A stretch of 64,000 nt of DNA from Desulfatiglandales bacterium (GTDB lineage Bacteria; Desulfobacterota; DSM-4660; Desulfatiglandales; HGW-15), in the NCBI GenBank assembly GCA_963667015.2, contig CAXXJJ010000004.1, positions 1,696,001 through 1,760,000 on the forward strand. The letters are read 5' to 3'. Each line of letters begins with the position of its first letter. Position 1 is the stretch's first letter. This document shows, piece after piece, positions 47,324 through 57,366 of the stretch. A program made the translations under genes and the position numbers. Below the pieces are notes generated by a model that searched no databases, had not been told where the DNA came from, and saw only the letters and a list, made by a program, of their open reading frames with translations.

Positions 47324-48097
47324 ATGTCAATTCCACTTGAAACATTCGAACAGTTGCAGGGTTTTCTATGGGTACTTATCCGGGTCAGCACACTGTTCTT
47401 TCTGCTCCCTCTTTTCGGGGCAAGAAATATCCCTTCATTGTGGAAGGCTGGGCTCTCCTTTGTAATTGCCATTGTTCTTACCCCTGTTGTTCCAGTGCCG
47501 GTTAATCTTCCCACTTCGGCGCCCGGAATAATTATCGGTATATCAGCTGAAGTGCTTATGGGATTTATCCTGTCCCTGACAATAAGGATGTTCCTGTCAG
47601 CCAGTGAGATGGCCGGGCAGTTCATGAGTTTCCAGATGGGATTTTCAATGGCCCGAGCGGTAGACCCGCAGACAGGCAGTCCGAGTACTGTGCTTACACA
47701 GTTTCTTTATATCTTTACCCTGCTCCTTTTCTTTTCCATGAACGGGCACCACATGTTTATAAAGATTATGGCCAGTTCCTTCTATTCCGTTCCTCCCAAC
47801 AGCATAAGCTTTCAGGCTACAATCGGCAAGGAACTGATAACGGCAGGAGCAAGCATGTTTGTACTGGGGATCAAGATTGCAGCCCCTATTATGGTTGCAC
47901 TCTTCCTCTCAAATCTTTGTCTTGGCATCATTGCCAGAACCGTACCCCAGGTAAACATCCTCATGGTCGGTTTTCCTATAAACCTTTGTATCGGGCTTAT
48001 ACTCTTCTGTCTTATCCTGATGAATATCTACCCGCTTATTTTTGATATTAAAAACACCATGGGCGAAAGCCTGATTAGATTACTGAGGCTAATGTAG
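47324..48097 (+). CDS. fliR: Export gate protein FliR
   Basis: AGQFMSFQMGF..A..VDP, NGHH, ARTVPQVN. Confidence 0.95.
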   Translation: MSIPLETFEQLQGFLWVLIRVSTLFFLLPLFGARNIPSLWKAGLSFVIAIVLTPVVPVPVNLPTSAPGIIIGISAEVLMGFILSLTIRMFLSASEMAGQFMSFQMGFSMARAVDPQTGSPSTVLTQFLYIFTLLLFFSMNGHHMFIKIMASSFYSVPPNSISFQATIGKELITAGASMFVLGIKIAAPIMVALFLSNLCLGIIARTVPQVNILMVGFPINLCIGLILFCLILMNIYPLIFDIKNTMGESLIRLLRLM

Positions 48098-48104
48098 GGA
48101 AATT

Positions 48105-49175
48105 ATGGCAGAAGACAGTTTCCAGGACAAAACCGAGCCGGCGTCCCCGAAAAAGAAGGAGGACGCCCGAAAAAAAGGTGATATCGCTAAAAGCAGGGAA
48201 TTATCATCAACAGCGATACTGACCGCAGGAATAATCTTCATGTTCTTTAATGCTAAAGACATGACAATGACCCTGGGGAATAATATAAGAAAAAGCCTCT
48301 CACAGATTCCGGAAATTATTGCAAGTAAAGATTTTACTCCTGCTATTGTCTCGGGAGTTATAACCGATTTTCTACTTTTAATTGCACCCATTATGATCGT
48401 ACTGATGGTAGTGTCAATTTTAACCAATTTACTTCAAACAGGCATAATTTTCAGTGTCGAACCCTTGACACCGAAGGCGTCAAAAATAGACCCAATAAAG
48501 GGCCTGGGAAGGGTATTTTCAAAGAGATCCCTGGTTGAACTGGCCAAATCCATATTAAAAATTATCATTGTCGGCGGTGTAGCATTCTATGCATTAAAAG
48601 ATGAAGTTTCCAGGATGATACCCCTGATATTCCAGGAAAATGCCCAGATATTTGCACTCCTTGGAGAACTGGCCTTTAAGGTGCTCGTAAGATGCTGCTG
48701 CGTTATTATGGTTCTTGCTATCCTGGATTTCGTGTACCAGAAATGGGAACATGAACAGAAGCTCAAGATGACAAAACAGGAAGTCAAGGATGAATTCAGG
48801 CAGTCTGAAGGGGATCCCATGGTAAAATCACGCATAAGGTCTATCCAGAGGGAAATGGCCAGACGCAGGATGATGGAAGAGGTTCCCAAGGCTGATGTAA
48901 TTATTACAAACCCGACTCATCTCTCAATTGCCCTTAAGTACAAACCGGGTGAAGGTATGACTGCACCGTTGATCGTGGCAAAAGGTGCGAACAATATTGC
49001 ATTCAAGATCAGGGAAATAGCAACAACGCATAATATACCCATGGTGGAAAACAAACCCTTGGCACAGAACTTGTATAAATTGGAAATAGGAACAGAAATA
49101 CCTCCGCAATTTTACCAGGCCATAGCAGAAATTCTCGCTTATGTATATGGCCTGAAAAAAAGGAAAACTGCCTGA
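48105..49175 (+). CDS. flhB: Export switch protein FlhB
   Basis: KTEPASPKK, KMTKQEVKDE, EGDP, NPTH autocleavage site. Confidence 0.97.
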   Translation: MAEDSFQDKTEPASPKKKEDARKKGDIAKSRELSSTAILTAGIIFMFFNAKDMTMTLGNNIRKSLSQIPEIIASKDFTPAIVSGVITDFLLLIAPIMIVLMVVSILTNLLQTGIIFSVEPLTPKASKIDPIKGLGRVFSKRSLVELAKSILKIIIVGGVAFYALKDEVSRMIPLIFQENAQIFALLGELAFKVLVRCCCVIMVLAILDFVYQKWEHEQKLKMTKQEVKDEFRQSEGDPMVKSRIRSIQREMARRRMMEEVPKADVIITNPTHLSIALKYKPGEGMTAPLIVAKGANNIAFKIREIATTHNIPMVENKPLAQNLYKLEIGTEIPPQFYQAIAEILAYVYGLKKRKTA

Positions 49176-49251
49176 TCGTTGAACATTTTATTTAAAGGCT
49201 AAGTATTTGAAGCTTTTTAATTTTACTTTAAATTCGATTTAAGGATTATAT

Positions 49252-51327
49252 ATGGAAGCAGCAGGAAAAACTCAGTTCTCAATATTTGCCAACCTGGATA
49301 TAGGTGTTGCAATCGGGATCATGGGAATACTCATGATTATGATTATTCCTCTTCCCACAATGATGCTTGATCTTTTCCTGGCATTAAACATCACTCTCGC
49401 TGTCCTGATCATCCTTGTAACGATATATGCATCCAGACCCCTGGATTTTTCGGTTTTTCCATCACTTCTTCTGATCACTACCCTCTTCAGGCTGTCGCTT
49501 AATATTGCATCGACACGCCTGATCCTTCTTGAAGGACATACAGGCGCAAATGCTGCCGGGGAAGTCATAAACAGTTTCGGGTCCTTTGTAGTCGGCGGAA
49601 ACCCGACTGTAGGTCTTGTTGTATTTGTAATCCTCGTTATCATCAACTTTGTAGTAATAACCAAAGGTTCCGGAAGAATTGCCGAAGTATCGGCCCGGTT
49701 TACCCTTGATGCAATGCCCGGTAAACAGATGGCAATTGATGCTGACCTGAACGCGGGCTTAATAGATGAGGCTGAAGCAAGGAGCAGACGTTCGTCAATA
49801 GCAAGGGAAGCCGAATTTTACGGCGCCATGGACGGCGCGAGCAAATTTGTTCGTGGTGATGCAATCGCGGGAATTATAATTACCATGATCAATATCATAG
49901 GCGGCCTTATAATAGGAGTTCTTCAGAAGGATCTCACTCTGGCAAAAGCAGTCGAAAACTATACACTGCTTACCATAGGTGATGGTCTCGTTTCACAGAT
50001 CCCGGCCCTTATAATATCAACCGGCGCAGGTATCCTTGTAAGCAGGGCCTCATCCGAGGGAAAGAATATTGGTGCTGAAATGGCAAGCCAGATAGGGTTT
50101 CAGCCAAGGGCACTTGTAATTGCATCATGTATAGTCCTGCTTTTCGGTTTTGCCCCAGGCATGCCGCTTATCCCCTTTGCGCTGCTGGCTGCAGTTATCT
50201 TTTTTGTCTCAAGGAGTATTAAACAGAAACAGGCTGAAGAAAGGGATGAAGCTTTACCGGCACCTGAAGAGGAGGCCGCCGCACAGGGACCGGAAGATAT
50301 CCAGCGTCTTCTGCCGCTTGACAGTCTTGAAATGGAAATCGGTTACGGGCTCATAACCATTGTCGATGATAAAACACAGGGCAACCTGCTTGACCGGATA
50401 CGAGCCCTGAGAAAACAGTTTGCCGTAGACATGGGAATGATAATTCCTTCTATACATATACGGGACAACCTGGAACTGAGACCTAATGAGTATGCATTCT
50501 GCATTAAAGGCAATGAAGTTGCCAAGGGAGAAATAATGGCGGATCACCTGCTGGCCATCAATCCCGGAGACGCCAAAATGAAACTTGAAGGGATACAGAC
50601 CAGGGATCCAGCCTTTGGACTTCCGGCAGTCTGGATTGACCCCGAAAAGAAATCCGAGGCCCAGCTTGCCGAGTATACTGTTGTTGAACCTGCCAGCGTA
50701 ATAACAACTCACCTTTCTGAGGTCGTAAGGCAGCATGGATATGAGTTCCTGGGAAGACAGGAAGTACAGAGCCTTATGGATAATGTATCCAAGACCGATC
50801 CAAAGGTCATAGAAGAACTGACGCCCGGTCTTTTAAACCTGGGAGCAATCCAGAAGGTACTTCAGAACCTTGTTCGCGAACAGGTATCCATAAGGGATAT
50901 CCTTACAATAATCGAAACACTGGCAGATTATGCGCCATTGACCAAGGATACGGATATCCTGACGGAATATGTAAGGCAGAGGCTCTCACGAACAATTACA
51001 AAACCTTACATTGAAGGAAAAAAGACATTAAAGGTATTAAATATCAAACCGTCTATTGAAGAACTTATTTCAAAAGGAATCAACCAGACGGATTTTGGGG
51101 CATATCTCGCCCTTGGACCAAGCGAGGCAAACAAAATAATCCACCATGTTAAAAAATCACTGGATGATGTTGCAGCCAAGATTGAACAGCCTGTTATCTT
51201 ATGCTCAACAACTGTGAGAAGACACCTTAAAAAATTGTGTGACAGCTTTCAGATAAACGTTGCTGTATTTTCCCATAATGAAATACCCGGGGGGCTGCAG
51301 GTTCAGTCCCTGGGAGAAATAGGTTAA
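49252..51327 (+). CDS. flhA: Export apparatus protein FlhA
   Basis: RIAEVSARFTLDAMPGKQMAIDADL, FYGAMDGASKFVRGD. Confidence 0.98.
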   Translation: MEAAGKTQFSIFANLDIGVAIGIMGILMIMIIPLPTMMLDLFLALNITLAVLIILVTIYASRPLDFSVFPSLLLITTLFRLSLNIASTRLILLEGHTGANAAGEVINSFGSFVVGGNPTVGLVVFVILVIINFVVITKGSGRIAEVSARFTLDAMPGKQMAIDADLNAGLIDEAEARSRRSSIAREAEFYGAMDGASKFVRGDAIAGIIITMINIIGGLIIGVLQKDLTLAKAVENYTLLTIGDGLVSQIPALIISTGAGILVSRASSEGKNIGAEMASQIGFQPRALVIASCIVLLFGFAPGMPLIPFALLAAVIFFVSRSIKQKQAEERDEALPAPEEEAAAQGPEDIQRLLPLDSLEMEIGYGLITIVDDKTQGNLLDRIRALRKQFAVDMGMIIPSIHIRDNLELRPNEYAFCIKGNEVAKGEIMADHLLAINPGDAKMKLEGIQTRDPAFGLPAVWIDPEKKSEAQLAEYTVVEPASVITTHLSEVVRQHGYEFLGRQEVQSLMDNVSKTDPKVIEELTPGLLNLGAIQKVLQNLVREQVSIRDILTIIETLADYAPLTKDTDILTEYVRQRLSRTITKPYIEGKKTLKVLNIKPSIEELISKGINQTDFGAYLALGPSEANKIIHHVKKSLDDVAAKIEQPVILCSTTVRRHLKKLCDSFQINVAVFSHNEIPGGLQVQSLGEIG

Positions 51328-51331
51328 ATAA

Positions 51332-52444
51332 ATGAACATTCGAAAATTCACAGCCCGCAACTCCGGTGAAGCCTTAAAAATGGTTAAAAAGGAAATGGGA
51401 GAGGATGCGGTTATCCTAAGGACAAAGACATTACCCGGACAGGGTATTGAAGTAACTGCGGCAGTTGATTATGAGACGCAACCGATTAAACAGGGAATGG
51501 ATGTAAATAATGAGATAAAGGAACTTGGAAGAGAATTGAGGGAGATAAAGGAAGCGCTGCTCTTCTCCGATGCAGGCCGGGTTCTTGATCCGGAGCTCTA
51601 TTTCAACAATGAACTCAGGGAAAGATATACGCACCTGAAGACATTCGGTCTTAACCAGAACCTTATCCGGAAATTCATGACTGAAAACCACGCTGATGCC
51701 CCGGGAAAAAACCAGGACAGATCGCGTCTTCTTCAGGACTCTTTAATGAAGGTTCTGACCAAAATAAAAACAAGCAGTGACAGGGATACTTCAAAGGAAC
51801 AAAGGATATATACATTTATCGGACCTACAGGCGTAGGAAAGACAACAACGCTTGCAAAGCTTGCGGCCCAGAGCGCTCTGCAGAACGGCATGAAATCGGC
51901 ATTGATCACCCTGGACACCTTTCGGATCGCCGCGGCGGCACAACTGGATGCCTATGCCAGGATTATGGGCCTGCCGGTAGAGGTTGTTGTAAGTGGAAAG
52001 GACCTTCAGAAGGCAATAAGAAAATACAGTGATTATGACAGGATATTCATTGATACTGCAGGTAGAAGCCCGAATGGCGACCAGGGCAATAATGATCTCC
52101 TGAAACTCTTTAAAGACCATAAGAATGTGCATGGATTTCTGGTAATGAGCGCAACAACTCAGTATAAGAACATGATCAATACATCTGACAGGTTTGAAAA
52201 CCTGCCCTTTCATAGTTACATCTTTTCAAAACTGGATGAAACGGAAGATTTATCACCCATGATAAACTTCCTTATAGCAAAAGAAAAACCGGTCTCATAT
52301 TTTACTACCGGACAGCAGGTTCCGGAGGATATAGAGATTGCTTCAAAGAAAAAAATGGCCTCTTTTCTGCTGTCAGGCATAAGAGAGGAATCAAATACAG
52401 GAATTAATAAGGGGTATTATAATGGATCAAGCTGCAGGTCTTAG
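51332..52444 (+). CDS. flhF: SRP-family GTPase FlhF
   Basis: GPTGVGKTTT, DTFRI, DTAGR, SKLDE, GQQVPED. Confidence 0.95.
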   Translation: MNIRKFTARNSGEALKMVKKEMGEDAVILRTKTLPGQGIEVTAAVDYETQPIKQGMDVNNEIKELGRELREIKEALLFSDAGRVLDPELYFNNELRERYTHLKTFGLNQNLIRKFMTENHADAPGKNQDRSRLLQDSLMKVLTKIKTSSDRDTSKEQRIYTFIGPTGVGKTTTLAKLAAQSALQNGMKSALITLDTFRIAAAAQLDAYARIMGLPVEVVVSGKDLQKAIRKYSDYDRIFIDTAGRSPNGDQGNNDLLKLFKDHKNVHGFLVMSATTQYKNMINTSDRFENLPFHSYIFSKLDETEDLSPMINFLIAKEKPVSYFTTGQQVPEDIEIASKKKMASFLLSGIREESNTGINKGYYNGSSCRS

Positions 52445-53312
52445 GAGAATGGTAAACATGGAAACTACTGTGCCCTCGGAGACAATTATGAGGAACAGTG
52501 TTCAAAGTTCACCGATCAGAGTTATTTCGGTCACCAGTGGAAAAGGCGGCGTTGGTAAAACCAGTATAACTGCGAACCTTGCAGTGGCATTTCAGAAGTT
52601 GAATAAAAGGGTACTCATACTGGATGCAGATCTCGGCCTTGCCAACATGGATATAATGCTCGGGATAAACCCGAGATATACAATAAGTAATGTTCTGAGC
52701 GGTGAAAAGAGCCTTGAAGATGTAATTGTAGATACCCCTGCCGGATTTAAACTTCTTCCGGCGGCATCAGGAATGCAGGAACTGACAGAACTCGATGAAA
52801 ACCAGAAACGATTTCTGCTCAGCGAACTTGATGCTATTCATGAAGAATTTGATATAATTCTGATTGACACAAGCGCCGGGATATCATCAAATGTAATGTA
52901 TTTTAATTTTGCGGCAATGGAGAGGCTGGTAGTTCTTACTAATGAACCCACTTCTCTAACTGATGCCTATGCACTGATAAAGGTGCTTATAAACTCATAT
53001 AACCAGAAGAGATTCAATGTACTTATCAATCTGGTTCGTGACGGTAATGAAGCGGATCGTATATTCCGCAGCCTTAGCATTGCCGCTGATAAGTATCTTC
53101 AATCTCCATCACTGGATTATCTCGGATGGATACCATATGATAAAATGCTTCCAAAGGCCATAAGGAGGCAGAAACCATTAATTAATACCCATCCGAATAC
53201 GCCGGCAGCTAAAAGCATTATGGCCCTGGCTGAAAAGATACTTTTTAAGGAAGATGATCTTAATTTTGAAGGAGACATTAAGTTTTTCTGGCGCAGGTTG
53301 CTAAATTGCTAG
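52422..53312 (+). CDS. flhG: MinD-like ATPase FlhG/FleN
   Basis: MDQAAGLR, SGKGGVGKT, DADLGLAN, EPTSLTDAY. Confidence 0.95.
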   Translation: MDQAAGLRRMVNMETTVPSETIMRNSVQSSPIRVISVTSGKGGVGKTSITANLAVAFQKLNKRVLILDADLGLANMDIMLGINPRYTISNVLSGEKSLEDVIVDTPAGFKLLPAASGMQELTELDENQKRFLLSELDAIHEEFDIILIDTSAGISSNVMYFNFAAMERLVVLTNEPTSLTDAYALIKVLINSYNQKRFNVLINLVRDGNEADRIFRSLSIAADKYLQSPSLDYLGWIPYDKMLPKAIRRQKPLINTHPNTPAAKSIMALAEKILFKEDDLNFEGDIKFFWRRLLNC

Positions 53313-54160
53313 GCCAGAATTTAGCCGGAATAGGATTAACAGAAAACTTTAAGAAAGCGAGGTACAGGGGAATGCTCTCCCCTCAGGCATCTAAAAAATT
53401 GAAAAAATATACACAGTTGATACCTTCCAGATCAAATGGCATCAGTGCTGGTGAAAAGGAGGCTCTTGTCACAAAGTATGCCCCCCTTGTTAAGACAATC
53501 GCCGGAAGACTCGCCCTGAGACTGCCCCAGCATATAAGCCAGGATGATCTTACCAGCGCCGGACTAATGGGCCTGCTTGATGCTATTGACAAATTTGATA
53601 TTGAAAAGGGTGTGGAATTCAAATCATATGCAGAATTCCGTATCAAAGGCGCCATGATAGACGAATTACGTTCCATGGACTGGGTGCCCCGCTCGGTGCG
53701 GAAGAATTCAAAAATGCTGACAGAAGCATACTCCAGGGTTGAAAACAGGGAAATGCGCCCGGCCCAGGACGAGGAGGTGGCAGCAGAACTTGGAATCGAG
53801 ATGGAGGCATTCTACAAACTTCTGGATGAATCAAGGGGTATCAGCATATTCAATGAGTATGATATGCAGATCCATAACACAACCGCCGAGAGCGAGTCGG
53901 ATGATTCATCCTTCGAAATTGGATTTGACCAGTCACCCCTGCAATCCCTCAAAAAAACCGAACTCGTTCATGTTATAGCCGGTGCAATAGACAGGCTTCC
54001 AAAGAACGAGCGTACTGCAGTCTCACTATATTATTATGAAGAGCTCACGATGAAGGAGATAGGGGAAGTAATGGGATATACGGAATCACGTGTATCTCAG
54101 CTTCATACAAAGGCCGTACTAAGGCTTAAAAATAGCCTTAAAAATTATTTTGAAAAATAG
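53306..54160 (+). CDS. fliA: RNA polymerase sigma28 FliA
   Basis: RIKGAMIDELRSMDWVPRSVR, LYYYEELTMKEIG..MG.TESRVSQLH; true start may be ATG 53372. Confidence 0.96.
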   Translation: MLGQNLAGIGLTENFKKARYRGMLSPQASKKLKKYTQLIPSRSNGISAGEKEALVTKYAPLVKTIAGRLALRLPQHISQDDLTSAGLMGLLDAIDKFDIEKGVEFKSYAEFRIKGAMIDELRSMDWVPRSVRKNSKMLTEAYSRVENREMRPAQDEEVAAELGIEMEAFYKLLDESRGISIFNEYDMQIHNTTAESESDDSSFEIGFDQSPLQSLKKTELVHVIAGAIDRLPKNERTAVSLYYYEELTMKEIGEVMGYTESRVSQLHTKAVLRLKNSLKNYFEK

Positions 54161-54162
54161 CA

Positions 54163-54696
54163 ATGCCAGAAGAGATCAAAGAAGATGAAGCTCCAGAGGA
54201 GGAGCTGAATGAAGACGACACTTCCGCCAGCAAGGAAAAAAAACCGGCGAAGGTAAAAAAGTCCGGGAATAAAAAATGGATTTTTCTAATTATCCTGGGA
54301 ATACTGCTGGCAATATCAGGCCTCGGGATAAAATATGCACCGAACCGATTGCCGTTTTTAACGAATAAAAAATTTAATAACACAGAAATCAATATTGACG
54401 AAGATAATCTGAGCGAAGAAATACTATCTCCTTTTTTTATTCCCCCCGGACCTTCAGATAACACCATACGGATTGATCTCTCAATAGTCTGGGATGGACT
54501 TGCATCGGTTCGATTCAAGAAAAAGGAACTGGGCATAAGAAAAATGATGTATGATAAATTTTATAACATGGCTGAACAAAACCAGGATCTGAATGAAAAA
54601 ATACCATATCTGGAAAATGAGGTAAGTTCAATGCTTAGAAGTACACTGGGAGTCCAAAACCTGGTTGTAAAGATAAAGGAAATCCGATACTTTTAA
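54163..54696 (+). CDS. FliL-like single-TM protein (second, divergent copy)
   Basis: Acidic/basic N-terminus, one TM, LSPFFIP..IRIDL..IR...Y pattern resembling FliL. Confidence 0.55.
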   Translation: MPEEIKEDEAPEEELNEDDTSASKEKKPAKVKKSGNKKWIFLIILGILLAISGLGIKYAPNRLPFLTNKKFNNTEINIDEDNLSEEILSPFFIPPGPSDNTIRIDLSIVWDGLASVRFKKKELGIRKMMYDKFYNMAEQNQDLNEKIPYLENEVSSMLRSTLGVQNLVVKIKEIRYF

Positions 54697-54744
54697 TAAG
54701 CAGGGCAGTATCTTCCCCTCCTTTTTAAAAGAAAGGAGATTAAA

Positions 54745-55017
54745 ATGAACGATTTTTCAAAAATAGACAGACCATTGGTGCCCTCAAATACTCCGGGAGG
54801 GGTATGGAGAATTGAAAAAAAAAGAAAGGCCAGAGATAAAAAAAACAAACAGCAAAATAAATCTGGCACAGAACAAAAACCCAGAGAAGAAGATGATTCG
54901 GTTTTAGTAGATATAGAATACGACAGAGATAATGACAGGGAGTGTGAAGATCAGATGGGATACGGACTTAAAAAGAAAAAAAAATCTCTGTGCACCAGGG
55001 TTGATCTTAAAATATAG
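54745..55017 (+). CDS. Hypothetical small charged protein
   Basis: AAGGAG RBS; C-terminal VDLKI resembles the tails of small flagellar-locus proteins. Confidence 0.55.
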   Translation: MNDFSKIDRPLVPSNTPGGVWRIEKKRKARDKKNKQQNKSGTEQKPREEDDSVLVDIEYDRDNDRECEDQMGYGLKKKKKSLCTRVDLKI

Positions 55018-55022
55018 CAACT

Positions 55023-55508
55023 ATGGAAATACAGACATGGGTAATAGGGCAGACTGCAATTGAGGTCATAATTATTTTCCTTCTTTTGTGGTTTATAAAA
55101 AGCCATCTTGCAATGCGGAAGAAAAATACCGATTTAAGTGCTGTATTTGAAAAGCCGGAGCAGATACTTGCTGAAATGAGAGAACTGACCAGACAACTTG
55201 ATAAAAACCTGGAAGAGAAAAAGGAAATAAGCAATAAAATGCTTGGGCAGCTTGATGATATTCTCGACAAAGCCGACAGGACATATAATCAACTGCAGGG
55301 CATTATAAAGGAATACAGTTCCAGGCCTGTTAATTCCTACAATCCGGAACAGGATTCCCGAAGGGTACGTACATCAGTTAACGATCTCCTTAAAAAAGGG
55401 CTCTCAAAACAGGAAATCGCCCGGCAACTTGGAATATCAGTAGGTGAAATAGAGCTTCTGGTTAAACTGCAGAACAGGCAGATCGGGAATACTGTCAATA
55501 ATCTGTAA
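55023..55508 (+). CDS. Membrane-anchored coiled-coil protein with C-terminal HTH-like motif (DUF2802/DUF6115-like)
   Basis: N-terminal TM; GLSKQEIARQLGISVGEIELL. Confidence 0.65.
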   Translation: MEIQTWVIGQTAIEVIIIFLLLWFIKSHLAMRKKNTDLSAVFEKPEQILAEMRELTRQLDKNLEEKKEISNKMLGQLDDILDKADRTYNQLQGIIKEYSSRPVNSYNPEQDSRRVRTSVNDLLKKGLSKQEIARQLGISVGEIELLVKLQNRQIGNTVNNL

Positions 55509-55526
55509 AAAGGGAGCCCTGATTAA

Positions 55527-56597
55527 ATGCTCCGACCCATCCAAACCAATAATCCGATCAAAGCCGCACCTGAAGGTAAAAATAAAAAAATAGATATCCC
55601 TCTGAAACAGGGCGCTTTGATAAAGGGAACTGTAATTCAGAAACTGAAGAATGGAGATTTTATTATTTCTTCAGGAGGAAAAAGCTTCAGGGCTCAATCA
55701 TCGGTCCCGTTAAAAGATAATAAAAAATATGATTTTATTGTCCTTTCATCGAAAGACAAAATAGTGCTGAAGGTACTTGAGGCTGATAACAGGACTGCGG
55801 GAAATATAATAAAGCTCATCTCATCGGCAAATATTGTTGGACGCAAGGTTACCGATGCCCTCTCTGTGCTGGTCCACCCTCAATCCATTAAAAATCTTCC
55901 TTCACAGGCAAAGGTTCTGATAGCTAAACTCCAGGACATGGTGAATTTTCCTGTTTTCAAAAAGGACATCTCGGAGATTCTTCCATGGGTTATTAAAAAT
56001 ATCAAGGGAAGCGGCATCTTCTGGGAAGCAAAGGTTTTACAGCTGTTGACCGGTAAAAAAGCTGTTATGCCAAAGCAACTGGTGGATACAGACCTGAAGG
56101 GTTTACTCCTGAAACTGTTAAAAAACATCGAGAAAAACTCCGGCGATCAGGAAGGAATGAAGGATGTTGCGGTAAAAGTAAGGGAGGTACTGAACCATAT
56201 TGAACAGGAACAGATCATGAATATCAATACCATGAGAGAAGATCTTGGATGGTTCATGCATTTGCCCTTTATCAATGATGAAAATTTTTTATCCTCCGAA
56301 TTTTATGTAAAAGAGAATAAAGAAGGAGCCTTACATTTTTCATTATTTCTTGACATGAGCTTCACCGGTAAAATGAATATAGATGTGTCCATTATAAAAG
56401 ATACACTGGGAATACAGATCGATGTTGAGAAAGAAGAGACAAAAAATTTTATAATGGAAGGCATCAGCGAACTTGAATATGCATTCAGGGATCTGGGAAT
56501 AAATACAAGTAACATCCGCTGCGAAGTCAAGAAAGAGATACTTGTTTCCGAGACCATAGAAAAAGAATTTAATCCATCTGTGGATCTGTTAATTTAG
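55527..56597 (+). CDS. FliK-like protein (second copy)
   Basis: SGIFWEAK, DLKGLLL, C-terminal LDMSFTGKM...ISELEYAFRDLG...VDLLI; adjacent to a FlhB-C homologue. Confidence 0.65.
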   Translation: MLRPIQTNNPIKAAPEGKNKKIDIPLKQGALIKGTVIQKLKNGDFIISSGGKSFRAQSSVPLKDNKKYDFIVLSSKDKIVLKVLEADNRTAGNIIKLISSANIVGRKVTDALSVLVHPQSIKNLPSQAKVLIAKLQDMVNFPVFKKDISEILPWVIKNIKGSGIFWEAKVLQLLTGKKAVMPKQLVDTDLKGLLLKLLKNIEKNSGDQEGMKDVAVKVREVLNHIEQEQIMNINTMREDLGWFMHLPFINDENFLSSEFYVKENKEGALHFSLFLDMSFTGKMNIDVSIIKDTLGIQIDVEKEETKNFIMEGISELEYAFRDLGINTSNIRCEVKKEILVSETIEKEFNPSVDLLI

Positions 56598-56607
56598 GCA
56601 TATTTCC

Positions 56608-56895
56608 ATGAAAGAAAAAAATAAAATAAAAAAGGCTGTTGCCCTCAAATATAAAAGCGGTGAAGACACTGCACCACGTTTAACAGCAAAGGGTACCGGC
56701 CTTATTGCAGAAAAGATCCTGGAACTCGCAGAAAAAGAAGGAATACCAATCACTGAAGATCCGGACCTGGTAACAGCCCTGGCCCAGCTTGATTTTTATG
56801 ACGAAATTTCCCCGGAGTTATACCACGCGGTTGCCGAAATACTTGCTTTTGCCTATCGTGTAAATAATAAAATGAAAAACAGCCGCAAAACCTGA
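56608..56895 (+). CDS. Stand-alone FlhB C-terminal homologue (EscU/YscU/HrcU family, FlhX/YlqH-like)
   Basis: KAVALKY...APRLTAKG.G.IAEKI...I.ED..L...EISPELY.AVAEILAF. Confidence 0.9.
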   Translation: MKEKNKIKKAVALKYKSGEDTAPRLTAKGTGLIAEKILELAEKEGIPITEDPDLVTALAQLDFYDEISPELYHAVAEILAFAYRVNNKMKNSRKT

Positions 56896-57058
56896 TAATA
56901 AACTATTGGGATATAAATGGGCTGGCTTATAAAAAATATAATTTCTACGATTTATTTTCCATCCTGCCCTCTTAGACTTCGTTTAGGCTCTTTTTTAATT
57001 TTGGAGTTGGAATTTCAACTAACCTATCTTTATAAAAAATTGTAATTTTATTTTATTA

Positions 57059-57359
57059 CTTGAATTTTGCACGAAATCGTTCTGAAATGCATATAGGGTT
57101 CTATGAACCTCGTTATTACTGAGTTTTGAAAGGCTTAATATTTTCCATACTTTAACCAAGTAGGTTATGAAGTACAACTTTACAATTCTAAAAAGCTAGC
57201 CTGATAAGGCTTTTCAATGCCACCCGGAAAGCCAGTAAAATAGGGGCTCTTAAAACACAGTGTTTTTATGGTACGTTTAACCATTTGATAATTCGTTGAA
57301 ATTTACCCGTGCAAAAAATTTCTTGCACGGGATTTTATAAAAGTGGTGCAAAATTCAGG
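57059..57359. mobile_element. 301-bp MITE / internally deleted IS
   Basis: TIRs CTTGAATTTTGCAC (57059-72) and GTGCAAAATTCAGG (57346-59), 13/14 match; flanked by direct repeats TATTA (57054-58 and 57360-64); no transposase ORF. Confidence 0.75.
57306..57331. terminator. Hairpin inside the MITE, possible terminator for the converging large gene
   Basis: CCCGTGCAA-AAAATTTC-TTGCACGGG. Confidence 0.5.
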
Positions 57360-57366
57360 TATTAAA

